DNA of 64,000 nt from Microbotryum violaceum (taxonomy: Eukaryota), in contig CDLV01000011.1 of the NCBI GenBank assembly GCA_001244265.2, positions 62,001 to 126,000 on the forward strand, read 5' to 3'. Numbering within the stretch: position 1 is the stretch's first letter; every line of letters begins with the position of its first letter. Made by a program: the position numbers and the translations under genes. Under the pieces are notes generated by a model. The model did not search any database, was not told the origin of the DNA, and saw nothing but the letters and a program-made list of their open reading frames with translations. Below, in pieces: positions 50,199-61,559 of this stretch.

Positions 50199-50994
50199 TT
50201 ACTTCTGAGCCTCCCTCGCAATCTCTTCCTCCACGGCCCTCACCCTCCCCAGCTTCTCTTTCACCGCCTCAAACAACTCCTGCTCAAGTTTCATCATCCC
50301 ATCGATTGTGACCAATCGATGCGTCCCCGAAGGCTGGTACGACTCGCGGATGATTTCACAGTTTTGGACGAGGAGGGAGGCAATGATGTCTGATGGATCG
50401 GGGACTCGACTGAGCACATCGAATTGGGTTCGTTGGTCCGTGATATGCTATGTGAAGCGTAAGCACACAATTGATCAGTTCGCGATCATTCACGTCTCCA
50501 GTTTCGCATGCCCCGAAGAACCTGATCGATCTCAGCCCTGCCTGTTAGAAGAAACTCACGATCCATCCATCTTCGGGCCTCGTCTTGGCCATCGTCTCCA
50601 ATACCTTGTTCCCCTTTTTCAAAATCACCTCTTTTATAATCTCCTGCAACACTTGCGAGAAATCGGGGTTGTCCTTGAATTGTCTTGGAGTTGGGTCGGG
50701 TAGTAGCTCGTTGCCCTTTAAAGAAGTGGTGGTGATGTGTAGAGTGCCTATTGTTGTGGGAGAGAAAGTGGGGGATGGAGCTGGGGTGGGGAGGAAGGAA
50801 AGGGTGTAGGATGGAGGTGAGGAGGAGGGGATGGAGTGGTAGTACAAGCCTGGGTAAGAGGGGGATTCGAGGCTTGAGGAGGTTGAAGATGTGGAGGAGG
50901 AATGACGACGATGCCAGAGCTGGTACTGGGAGATGGAGGGGGTGGATCGAGGCACGTGGCGAAGGGTGGCTGTCGCTCGTGGTAGGGCCAGCAT
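50199..50994 (-). CDS. Conserved fungal hypothetical protein, probably mitochondrial (2 exons)
   Basis: Arg/Ser-rich N-terminus without acidic residues (MLALPRATATLRHVPRS); motifs FKDNPDF, GWI|HITDQR, RVPDPSDIIASLLV, YQPSGTHRLVTIDGMMKL. Confidence 0.72.
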
Positions 50995-51447
50995 GTTGGG
51001 GCCGTGGGTGGGGGTGGGCGATGTGGGGGCGAGGAAAGGAGTGTTTTGGAGAAAGGACCGGCTGCGATGGCGAATGACGATCGGGTCGGACGTCGGTCAT
51101 CGGCGGTTGCAGTCTCGCGTCCGAGCCGGTCAATTCAGAGAGCGGGTGAGCGCTATTCGAAATGTTTCAGGACGATTTATGATGCGCAGAGAAAGTTTTT
51201 CGTAGAAGAGCTCTGTTTCTATTTTTGTTTGGTTTTGCACAAGTGCTCGAATTTACCCCGCTGCATATATCCGAGAAGAGTCTCGGCTGAATAAGTCTTT
51301 GTGGTCAGAGAGTCGCACCACGTCTCCTCTCCGTTCTCCCCACATCCGAGATCGGCGCACGGTTGCGGTACGACGCTCTTTTCTCCCTTCCACCCCCGCT
51401 TGGGTGACACCGTTCGGCAACATTCCGCGTTCAACAGCCTGGTGGTC

Positions 51448-54400
51448 ATGGCCGAGACGACAGCAAGGTCAGTTGCTCCCTTCAGTCGGCTTCTTTGTCC
51501 CCCGCCTCGTCAGCGGTCGTACCGCGCAACCGGGTCCGGCCAAGTCTCGTACGACGTCGCACCAACTCCAACTCGGACCCCGACCGACTCTAACCCACGA
51601 TCTACAGGGCGCACATCGGATCACTATCTTCCCCTCTGGAGATGGATCACCCTGCGACGCTCGACACTAGCAAGTCGGCAATTTGGGCGACTGGGTCAGG
51701 CATGTGTTTGTTGCTGCCCCCCACCGGGACCCACCCGTATGCTCGCCTTTCGACGGCTTGCCCCTCCGACTCGAGGGTCTGTGCTGCATGCAGTCGAGCT
51801 GCCATTAAGATCTCACATGCGTTTGACACCTCCGTGTCGCACCCCACACCGCGGGCTCGACCTCCTCGGACCGTGCCTGAGTGACGGTGCTCGCCATCCT
51901 GGAATGCTCATTCATTAGCGCTAACCTCTCGCCCACTCTCGATCTACAACAGCACCAATGCCCGCTACCAAGCTTCCCTCGATGCAGCTTTATCCCACTT
52001 TCGCTCTCTGCTCGCATCCTCCTCTTCGCGTTCTTGGAAACCGCTACAGCTCTCCCATGCCTCAACATCCGCCTCCTCCACGTCCACCTCGTTGGACTCG
52101 GCCACGTCCTCGGGTCTGAACGGCTCCGTCGCCAAAGGGAAAGGCAAGGCCAAGGAACTGTTGAACGGGATAGGTTCGGTCGAATTGGGCAACGTGCGCG
52201 TGCATCGTAGGACGGCCAAAGGCGCCGATGTCGTCAGGGCCATCACCGAGGTCAACGTTGCCGACGGCGTTGACCTCAGTTCGTTCAAAGCCGTATTGCA
52301 AACGCCCGAAGTCCGCAGTAGCTGTACGTGATGGGATGACTAGACTCGAGAAGAACCGCACACTGACCCATTAGCAAGGCGTGGTTGCGCGCAGGGGACA
52401 AGATGGTCGAGCACGCTCACACGATTGAGCTACTCGACTCTCAGACGAGGATTTGCAAGACGGACTACAGACTGGGATGGCCGGCGAGGTGAGTTCTAGT
52501 GTGGTCTCGAGCTCAAATCGTGGTAGCTGACGTGTTCGCACGTCCGTGCACAGTCCCCGAGACACCATCACAATTTCAAAAACCTTTTCGGATCCAACGA
52601 CCCTGATTGACATCTCGACGTCGCTGCCTCGATCGACCGAAGAGCCGGCCTTCCTCCGACCGGCCCCACCCTATGTACGATCACATGTGCATCTGCTCGC
52701 GTGGTGTATCCAGATCGTTCAACCGACATCGCCGCAGCCTGGAGCGACCGCTTCGTTGACATCAGCTCTGTCCACTTCCCCGACCTCGACTTCGACCTTG
52801 CTTTCGTTGAACCCGACGGGCACGGCGAAGCTACGCATCAGCTTATTCTGGCAGTGGTCTCTCAAAGGTGCCATTTTTGCCACCCACCATCAACAAGTCG
52901 CTCAACTCCTCGCTGGTCTGGGTGACTTTGTCCGCGAGAAGGGATCCCAGATTCCACTGGTCGTGTCGTACGGTCGTGGGCTCGAGTTGTCGAGCGCGAT
53001 ATATGATCGGGGCCAAGAGACGCGCACGATCGAGTACTCCATCGTCGCCGATGACGAGGACGAAACCTCAAGCGGAGGTGAAATCGGTCTTGACGAACTC
53101 GCTCGTCGCAAAGAGAGACGGCGACTCGAGCGCGCCGTCGAGGTGTCGTTGCCGATTGGAGAGGGATGGGATGTGCGTGTCACGCCGACGGCGGTGGATG
53201 AACAAGTCGACACCGCATGGACCTCGACCGTCGAGACTGGAGCCAGCGAGGCGGATCGAATGACGTTGAGGTTGTCGCATGCCAAGTTGAGCAAACCCGA
53301 ACAACTCGTACGTGTGACGGTGGCGATCCAGAGACTCGCCGGAGGTAAGGTGATCAAGGTCAATGGCGAAGCTGTGACGATCACGACAATCGAGCCGAGG
53401 GACCCGTCGCACTTTGTTCGAGCGCTCTTGGACACGACCGATGTCGATGCGGCGAGCAGCATCACGGGCCTTAGTCAAACCACCGCGTCGAATGTCGCCG
53501 AATCTCCCAATACCTCGAGCGTCGAGGTGAACAAGGCGCCCATGTCTAGGAGGAGCTTACCTGCGCCTCCGACCGCCGCAAGCGAGATCAACTCGCTGCT
53601 TCGAAGGAACTACATTTACTTTACTTCGCTGCTGCAAGAGCCCGAGGCAAAATGGCGGCACATCTCCGACTCGAGAGGAGTGACCGTGACCCAGCTCAAC
53701 TCGATCGACCCAACCCTGACCATCTATCGGGCCGAAGCGACGTTCGTCGGTGTCGGGGTTTGGGACGTGTTTTCGACCATCTGCACACCCGGCGCGAGGA
53801 TGCATTGGGACAAGACCTTGGAAGATGCGGTTCTGCTCGACGACGTCAGCGAGCTAAGCTCGCTGTGGCACCTCAAAACCAAAGCGGCTTGGCCCGTGGC
53901 ACCTCGTGATTCGGTCACGATTCGAACTGCGTACAAGTCACCTTTGTCGGTGCACATCTTTTCCTTCTCGACCGACGACAACGCCTTGTTCCCTTCCATC
54001 CCTGCAGTCGTGGCGCCGACGATTAGGACCCAGACGGATCTGCACGGGTGGGCGATCGAGGCACTCAGTCCGACGACGACCCAGATCACTTTACTCGATC
54101 AGTCTGATCCGAAAGGCTGGTCGAACAAGTCGTGGACGCCGACGCAGATGCTCAACGCCGTGGCCGGCGTCGGTGAGTTCTCGATCAAGAATGGCGGTCC
54201 GCCCGTTATTACGAGGTTGTTGGGTGCCAAGGCGACGCTGAGCAAGTACGATCATGACAAGGGGTCGCTCAAGACCGAGTACCGAGCTGCAGCAATCTCC
54301 CCCTCTACACTTTTGATGCCCGGTGACGACTTTGCGACGTCTACAACCGCTGCCTCGACAAACCTCTCGGGCGCACCCACTTCTGCTTCGACCTTGATGA

Positions 54401-57400
54401 GCACCGCCCCAGTGTCGGAAGCCGGCCCTATCGAATGCGAGATTCGCTGCGACATCAATACATGGGCGTCCAGCATCGATGTCGTCATCGACCCGCCTCC
54501 CGCCAAGGTGTCGTGCCTCTCTCGGCATCGTCTGTCCTCGGGCGGTGGACTGTGGATCACGATCGAGCATGACGCGGCTGCGGTCGGCGATGATCGGATC
54601 CTCGTCGTCGTCAAGAAGGGTACATCAGGTGGCTCGGGTGTGGCGAGGGAGAAAGGTTCTGTGACGATCAACGGCGCCAAGACCAAGGTTGACGTTGAGA
54701 TGTTGCCCGAAGATGAAGTGAAGCTCCTGGCCAAGAGGAAGCGCGTCAAGGCCAGCCCAATCCCTTTAGATCAATACTCGACCCATGGACCGAGGAACTG
54801 GCAGCATACTCGAACTCTGTCCCAGGTGGGTCGCAACTCGCCTATGCCGACTCCGACAGAATCGATCAGCGACGATCCATTGGCGGGTGCAGCTGCTAGC
54901 GGAGGCGCGGTCCCCGCCTCAGGCAATGGGCCGTCCCCGCTCTTGCAGAATGGGGTCGTTCCGGGAGGAGCCAGTGGATCCGGTACTGCACAGACTGAAG
55001 GGGACGCTGCGGTACCTGTTCCCGCCCTCCAGCCGCGCCTCGACCCACCAGCTGTCGCTCTCGAGGCGCTCTCGTGGCTCCAAACGTTCCATGCCGAGCA
55101 AGGGCCCGAGTTGACGGACCCGGCACCTGGATGGGCCATCGTCTCTGAACGAGCGGGCACATTTGTACGCAAGAAGCTCATTCCTCGCATCTCGGACACG
55201 TTCTCCGTTTATCGCGGCGACCGTATCTTGCAAGGCTTGACAGCCGATGAAGTCGCTAGCGTGGTCTCGGCCGTCGGATGTCGGAAGTCGTGGGACGAGC
55301 GCGTCGATTCGGTGTCGGCTCTGGCATCATATGGCTTTGGGACCTCGACCGCGACGTTTACTACCAAGCCGACGTTCCCGTTCAAAGGCCGCATCTTCTA
55401 CGTCGCATCGGTCAATTCGCAGGTTCGAGTCCCTTCGCCGTCGAGTGCGTTGAGCACCTCTAAGGTTCTCTTCTGCGCCTCGGCGTCCTACGTTCCCGAC
55501 GAGCAATTCGACAAGAGCAAGATCAACCCCAGCAGTCTCCCTTCTGGTCAGATCCTCGTAGAGGGGTGGATCCTCGAGACGCTCGACCCCTACTCTTCGA
55601 GCCTGTTGGCGATCCCGTCGACTCGCTGTACGTACGTCTCTTGCGTCGACCATGCTGGCTCGATCCCGCATGCTTTCAACTCGGTCCTGAACGCCAACAT
55701 CGTGCGCATGGTCAATGCCGTCGAGATTCTCGCCAAGACGAAAGGACCTTTGCCCCGTCTCTGGACGCCCGATGTGGGCTTGAACATCGAAGGCCCGCTG
55801 AACGACGACGGCGATCAGGAGTGCGTGTGGAAGCTCGGCAACGCGGATCAGCAAACGACAACGGTCCTCATCGCCGACCATGAGAGCTCTGACGGCTCTT
55901 TCAGATCGTTGTTCCGCGTGTGTCCCAAGTCACAGAAGCAAGCGCAGATGGTCAGCGCCGTCAAGAACATCCTGACGCCTTCCGTCCCGGTTGGCACGAT
56001 CCTCGAGAGCAAACTACCGCGCTCGGCATCGCTCAACTTTGCTACCCCTGCGACACCGCACAAGCCGCCGATTCACCACGAGTTGGCGCGCAAGTCGAGT
56101 CGCTCATCTCTCAGGAGCGTCGCGACGACTGCTACGTCTGCTGCTGGTGGCGTCGGAGTGGGTGCGGGGACTGGGACACCGTCATCCCGATCCAAGTCGC
56201 CGACCACGACCCTCGATGCGGCGTATGCGGCTACGGCCCATGATCTACTCGTGGCCGAACTCGTTGTTGACCTCAAGCAGTATCCTTACGGTTATTCAAT
56301 CACTTGCTCCTCTTCGCTCCTTGGTAGCGATTCGGTCGTGGATCCCATCTCGACCGGGCCTATCGAGTCCACCGATGCCCGTCAAGTTCCCCTCCGTGCG
56401 ACGGCCCACGATGCGCCTCTCCCTTCGATCCTCTCGGCTTCCCTCGATTCTTGGAAGCGAGCAAACCACCTCGTGCGCGTGCTGATCCCGACGACGGCGA
56501 TCACCCACCCTCTGCATGACCCTTTGCTACGCGATGAATCGACTAAAGCGGTCAGACCGGAATGGTACAAGAAGCTGATGGATCGAGGCGCGCTCATCGA
56601 TCTTCGCATCGTCGCTTTGCCACAAGACACATCAGCTTCGGCAGCGGCGGCAGCGATGCAAGCTACGGTCAAAGGCGCCGCCTCGAGTTTGACGACGCGC
56701 GTTCTGTTCAATGAGGAAAAGGTCCCTGTGGCGAGTCAGAAGGATAGCAAAGCTTTGTTGGCGAGATTCGAGGATGAGGATTTGCCTTCGCAAGCCGTCA
56801 AGATCAGTCGGTAGGTTCGCTCTGGGATTGCTGGCCTCGAGCTCGGGGACGGTAGTGGCTGATGCTCCAAGGATCTTCTACAGTGTTCCTCGGAAACGCT
56901 CGTCGAAGCATGCCAAAGACTCGGGTGAAACAAGCTCGACCTTGCCCGAGGAGCTGCGCCGACCCATCGCTGTAGCTGTACGACTTCTCCATCCCAAGCC
57001 CGCGTCCTCCACGGTCGACGATCTCGAATATCCGGATCCCAAGTCCCCCGGGGTACTCACACCAGCTGAGGACGAAGGCGCCCGTTCGCCCGCTTACGCG
57101 GACAAGTCGAGTGCTTCACCTGTGGTGAGTAGCATATAGCATCACCATTTGGTCTTAGTGTTCCCTAGCTCATCACGCCGGCCCTTTACAGATCTCTCGA
57201 CGAGCCGCCGCGACCGGCGAGATGGCGACTGGCGGTTCGGGTCCACTGTTGGGCATCCTCGGAGCCTACCCCTTGTCCCGACTGGGCTCATCCATGGTCA
57301 CTACAGCAGCTGCAACACGTGACTCGGTCGTCTCATCCGAAAAGAATTATTCGCTTTCGTTCGTGCTCGTGGTGGCGATCATCTCGTTCTTGCTTGGTTC

Positions 57401-57679
57401 TCTCCTGCGCTCCCTTTTGACTCGTGAGTTGGGCTATGACTCGGCTCGGTCTTGGTAATCGAAACTGACGCATATTCCTCGCATCCTACGACCTTTTCAG
57501 CTGCCGATTATATCATTTACCGACCTGCCGAAGCGGAGGGTCAACACGTCGAGCGAGCATTGATGCAAGCCTTCGATACCGAGCGACGGTGGCGCGAGGC
57601 GAGGCGCCTGATCGAAATCCGCCTCTTTCCTCGGTTGTTCAACTGGGACTACATCGTTGCAGCAGTCAAGCGGGAATGA
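51448..57679 (+). CDS. Large multi-START (SRPBCC/Bet v1-like) domain protein with C-terminal TM segment
   Basis: Three START-like repeats (WDKMVE..GWPASPRD; WDKTLED..AAWPVAPRDSV; WDERVD..FPFKGRIF); hydrophobic FVLVVAIISFLLGSLLRSL near the C-terminus. The 5' exons are less certain. Confidence 0.82.
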
Positions 57680-58613
57680 AGAGCGAGACAAATTGCTTTG
57701 ATCTGGCAAAACAATGGTCGAGGCGTGGGCTTTCTCGATCTGGTAGCAAGATGGCCGAGTAGTCAAGTCCTCAGGCCCACGCTCTGGTCCACGTTTCCCA
57801 AGATAAGGGGTTGGGGGTAAATGCTTTTCTTTCTCTCTTTCATTAATAGAGTGCGCGGCGAAGACATGTTGTAGAAATGTTCGCAATGCATTTTTTACTA
57901 ATCAGCGCAATAAAGGCTGTGCTTAGCCGAACCACTGCACCGCGTCCCGGCATGTCAAGAGCAGGCTTCGGGGTTTGGTCCCCCTTCCGAGGAAGCGCGG
58001 CGGAACCCCGCCGGCTGTGTGAATAGCCTCTCCTCGGTGGACGTCCAGTGACTAATGTCATAGGGTTTCAGCCTTCCGCGGTCGGTGTTTAACTTGGGTC
58101 TAAATTTGGGCCACTGCTTGAGAAGTTTTCGGAAACCAGCCGAGGGTCTGATCACGAAAGCTCCACTCGATTGGTGGATGCAACCCGAGCCACACAACCC
58201 TCGATCACCAAGGCCCACGCTGGTTCCCCGCAAAAACAGAACCGGAGCCCCACATCGCTCTGATATCCTCGGATCGGTTATCGGTCGCCTCTTGCGCTTC
58301 TCGTCCAATACGAGCCGCCCTTTCGATTACTTTTGCTGCTGTGGCTCATCCCAAACGCCGCCCATCGACTTTACTTTCCTTCCCACTCGTACCCCTCGAG
58401 TACGCTTGCAACACTCTCCTGAGCTACTCGCCGAAACTACCGCTGTTTCGGCACCGACCAGCTTAGTTTAACGCGCAACCTCCTCTCACTCTTCTCTCAC
58501 CTTGGCCGAGCTTGGCCGTGACAGGCTCGCGCGCTTAGCTTTGCCGTTTAGCCGTCGTCGCTCTTTCGTCAGCCCCCATCTCCGCAATTTGCCACATCCA
58601 TTTGAACGCCAGC

Positions 58614-61049
58614 ATGTCGTCCGCCGTTGCCCAAAACCCCCCCTCTGAGGTTGATGTTGTCTTCGTAGGAGGTGAGTTTTCTTTTTTTTTGATCCTTGAA
58701 TGGGTTCAGCCTGGCGGCGTGGTGGGTTGTCAGGGCACACGGATTTGGGCGGAGTCGCCGAAGCGGCGAAGCGTCCGTCGGCGGCACCCCTGCGACCCAC
58801 CCCACCGCTCCGAGTTCCCCCCCGTATGAACGCCGACCGCTGCTTCTGCAGGATCTCAGGCTGACCTCCTGCTCATATGTGTCGTGTAACTTGATACAGG
58901 TGGTGCCGCTGGCTGTGTCGCCGCTGGTCGACTCGCCAAGGCCAACCCTGACCTTCACATCGCTATCGTCGAGGCCGGCATGTGAGTTGCTTTCTCGAGT
59001 CGCTTGAATTTAGACGCCGAAGCGCCCCGAGCACGCGCATAGGTCGGCGCGGGAAAGCCTAGTGCGCTCGGAACCGAGTGTACTCCGAAGGTTGACCCCC
59101 TGGCCGACCCGCTTTTTCTTTTTCGGAAACTTTTGTCATCCCGACTTCCGGTGTGTGATGATGCAGAGACAACATCGACGAAGCTACGAGTTACACCCCC
59201 GCTCTGTACATCTCCCACTTGGCACCCACGAGCACAACTGCCAACTTCTGTGAGTTACTACATTTACCCGAATCTTCTGCCGTTGTCGGCCGAACTTTTC
59301 CTGACCTTGTGGCGTTCCTCCTCTCCCACAGATGTCTCCAAGGAAGGCAAAGAGGTCGCTAATCGAGCATGTATAGTCCCCACCGGTGGCATGCTCGGTG
59401 GCGGATCGTCGATCAACTTCATGATGTACACGCGAGGTTCCGCGTCGGATTATGATGACTGGAAGACCGAAGGTTGGGCGTTTGATGACCTCTTGCCCCT
59501 CGTCAAGAAGACCGAGACGAACCACCTACCTTCACAAGCCCCTAAGGTTCACGGTGACAGCGGCAACCTGCACGTCTCGTACGGTGGTCATCAATCGAAC
59601 CTTGGTGAGGAGTGGATCAAGGCGGCGCAGCAAGCCGACCCCAAGCTCCCCTACTCGCGCGATATCCAAGACTACAGGACCGCCCATGCCGTCACCAACT
59701 GGGGCAAATGGATCAACCCCAAGACGGGTCGCCGCTCCGACACGGCCAACGGCTTCGTTCACCCCGTCGTTAAGGAGCAATCCAACCTTCACGTCTTGTG
59801 CGAGCAAAAGACCATTCGCGTCCTCTTCGATGAGAGTGGCGACGAACCCCGCGCAGTCGGGGTCGAGTACTGCCATAACCCGACCGCTCGCACCCCCATC
59901 GACCCCGAGAACCCTCCCAAGGTCGGTGAGACGTCCACGATCAAGGCGAGGAAATACGTCGTCGTATCGGCGGGTGCGTTCGGCACGCCTCTCATCTTGG
60001 AGCGATCCGGTGTCGGCATGAAGGAGGTCCTCGACAAGGTTGGCGTCAAGCAGGTCGTCGATCTCGATGTCGGCAAACAGTACGACGACCATCAACTAGC
60101 GATCAACATCTACGTCGTCGACGAATCAGCCGACACGCTCGATGAGTTGCTCCGAGGCAACCCCGAGGTTCACGCCGAGGCCGGTCCCCTGTTCGTCAAG
60201 GAAGGCAAGGGTCTCTTGAGTACCAACGCCATCGATGCCGGTATCAAAATGCGTCCGACCGAGGAAGAGGTTCGTGCCATGAACTGCCCCGCTTTCCAGA
60301 AAGTCTGGGATGAGTACTACAAGCAGAAGCCCGACGCCCCTGTCATCATCTGCGGTGCCATCGCGACCTTCCTTGGCGACCACGCGCTCTTGCCTCCCAA
60401 CAACAAGTACATGATGTGCGGTGTGTATGATGTAAGCTGTCTTCTACAGCTCTCTCTGCAAACCAACCAGTGTGCTGACTTCGCTCCATATAACGCAATG
60501 TCGCAGATGCACCGCCGCAGTCGTGGTCACTTGCACATCAGCTCCACCGATCCCTTCTCCGCACCCGACTTTGACGCCGGTTTCATGCGTGACCCGTCCG
60601 ACATGGCCCCTCACATCTGGGGATGGAAGCGCGCTCGTGAGACGGCTCGTCGCATGCCTTCGTACCGTGGAGAGCTGGCTCCGACAAACCCCAAGTTTGC
60701 CGAAGACTCCCCCGCTCGCTGCATCGGCCCCGATGAGGCCAAGGCGCTGCTCGCTTCGGGCAAAATCGAGGACCTCGTCTACTCGGAGGCCGACAACTCC
60801 GCAATCGCGCAATGGGTTCGTGAGAACGTCGGCACGACCTGGCACTCGATTTCGACTTGCCCCATGAAGCCTCGCGCGGAGGGTGGCGTGGTCGATGCTC
60901 GCCTCAACGTCTACGGCACCAAGGGTCTTAAGCTCGCCGACTTGTCCATCTGCCCGCGCAACGTCGCTTCCAATACCTACTCCGTGGCTCTGACCGTCGG
61001 AGAGAAGGCGGCCGATCTTCTTGCGCAAGACATGGGCGTCAAGGTCTGA
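58614..61049 (+). CDS. GMC oxidoreductase, alcohol-oxidase-like (AA3_3), 5 exons
   Basis: DVVFVGG|GAAGCVAAGRLA; LGGGSSINFMMYTR; TGRRSDTA; VVSAGAFGTPLILERSGVG; catalytic TTWHS and SNTYS; GGVVDARLNVYG..LKLADLSI. Confidence 0.93.
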
Positions 61050-61559
61050 TCGGACTACCACTCTCTTTCGCATGGCGATCGGCCATCTTATCGTCCTTTG
61101 GCAGTCTTTTCCTTGCTTCAGTTATCTGCTTGGTTCTCTTGCTCGTGTCAGTTTCTTGTGCATCGTGTTTCCCTGTCTGGGTTCCTGTTCTGTTTATAGC
61201 TTCCTTTTAAGAATGTCAAAACAATGAGAATTTCGAAGTTTCACGCATCCTGTTTCTGCGAGCAGTCCCGAGAAGAAGTGACCTGCAACCCGTGGTAACC
61301 AGCGAGCGCAATCATTTCGCCTCGATCGTGGTATTATGTGAGCCATGCAATCCATACTGAGCGCTACTGTTGAGCGACTGTCATCGAGCGCCTCAACTTT
61401 TTGCCTGGTCGCTTCGCTGAGTTGTGCGGGCCTCGAGCGGTGTTGCCCCCCTTTCACACCGCTCCGTCACGATGGTTGATACCGCCCTTTCGACCTCTAC
61501 ACCCATCGACTGCCCATTCCGAGTGCTCTCCCTTCGTTGCCTTTTCTTCCCCAATCAAC

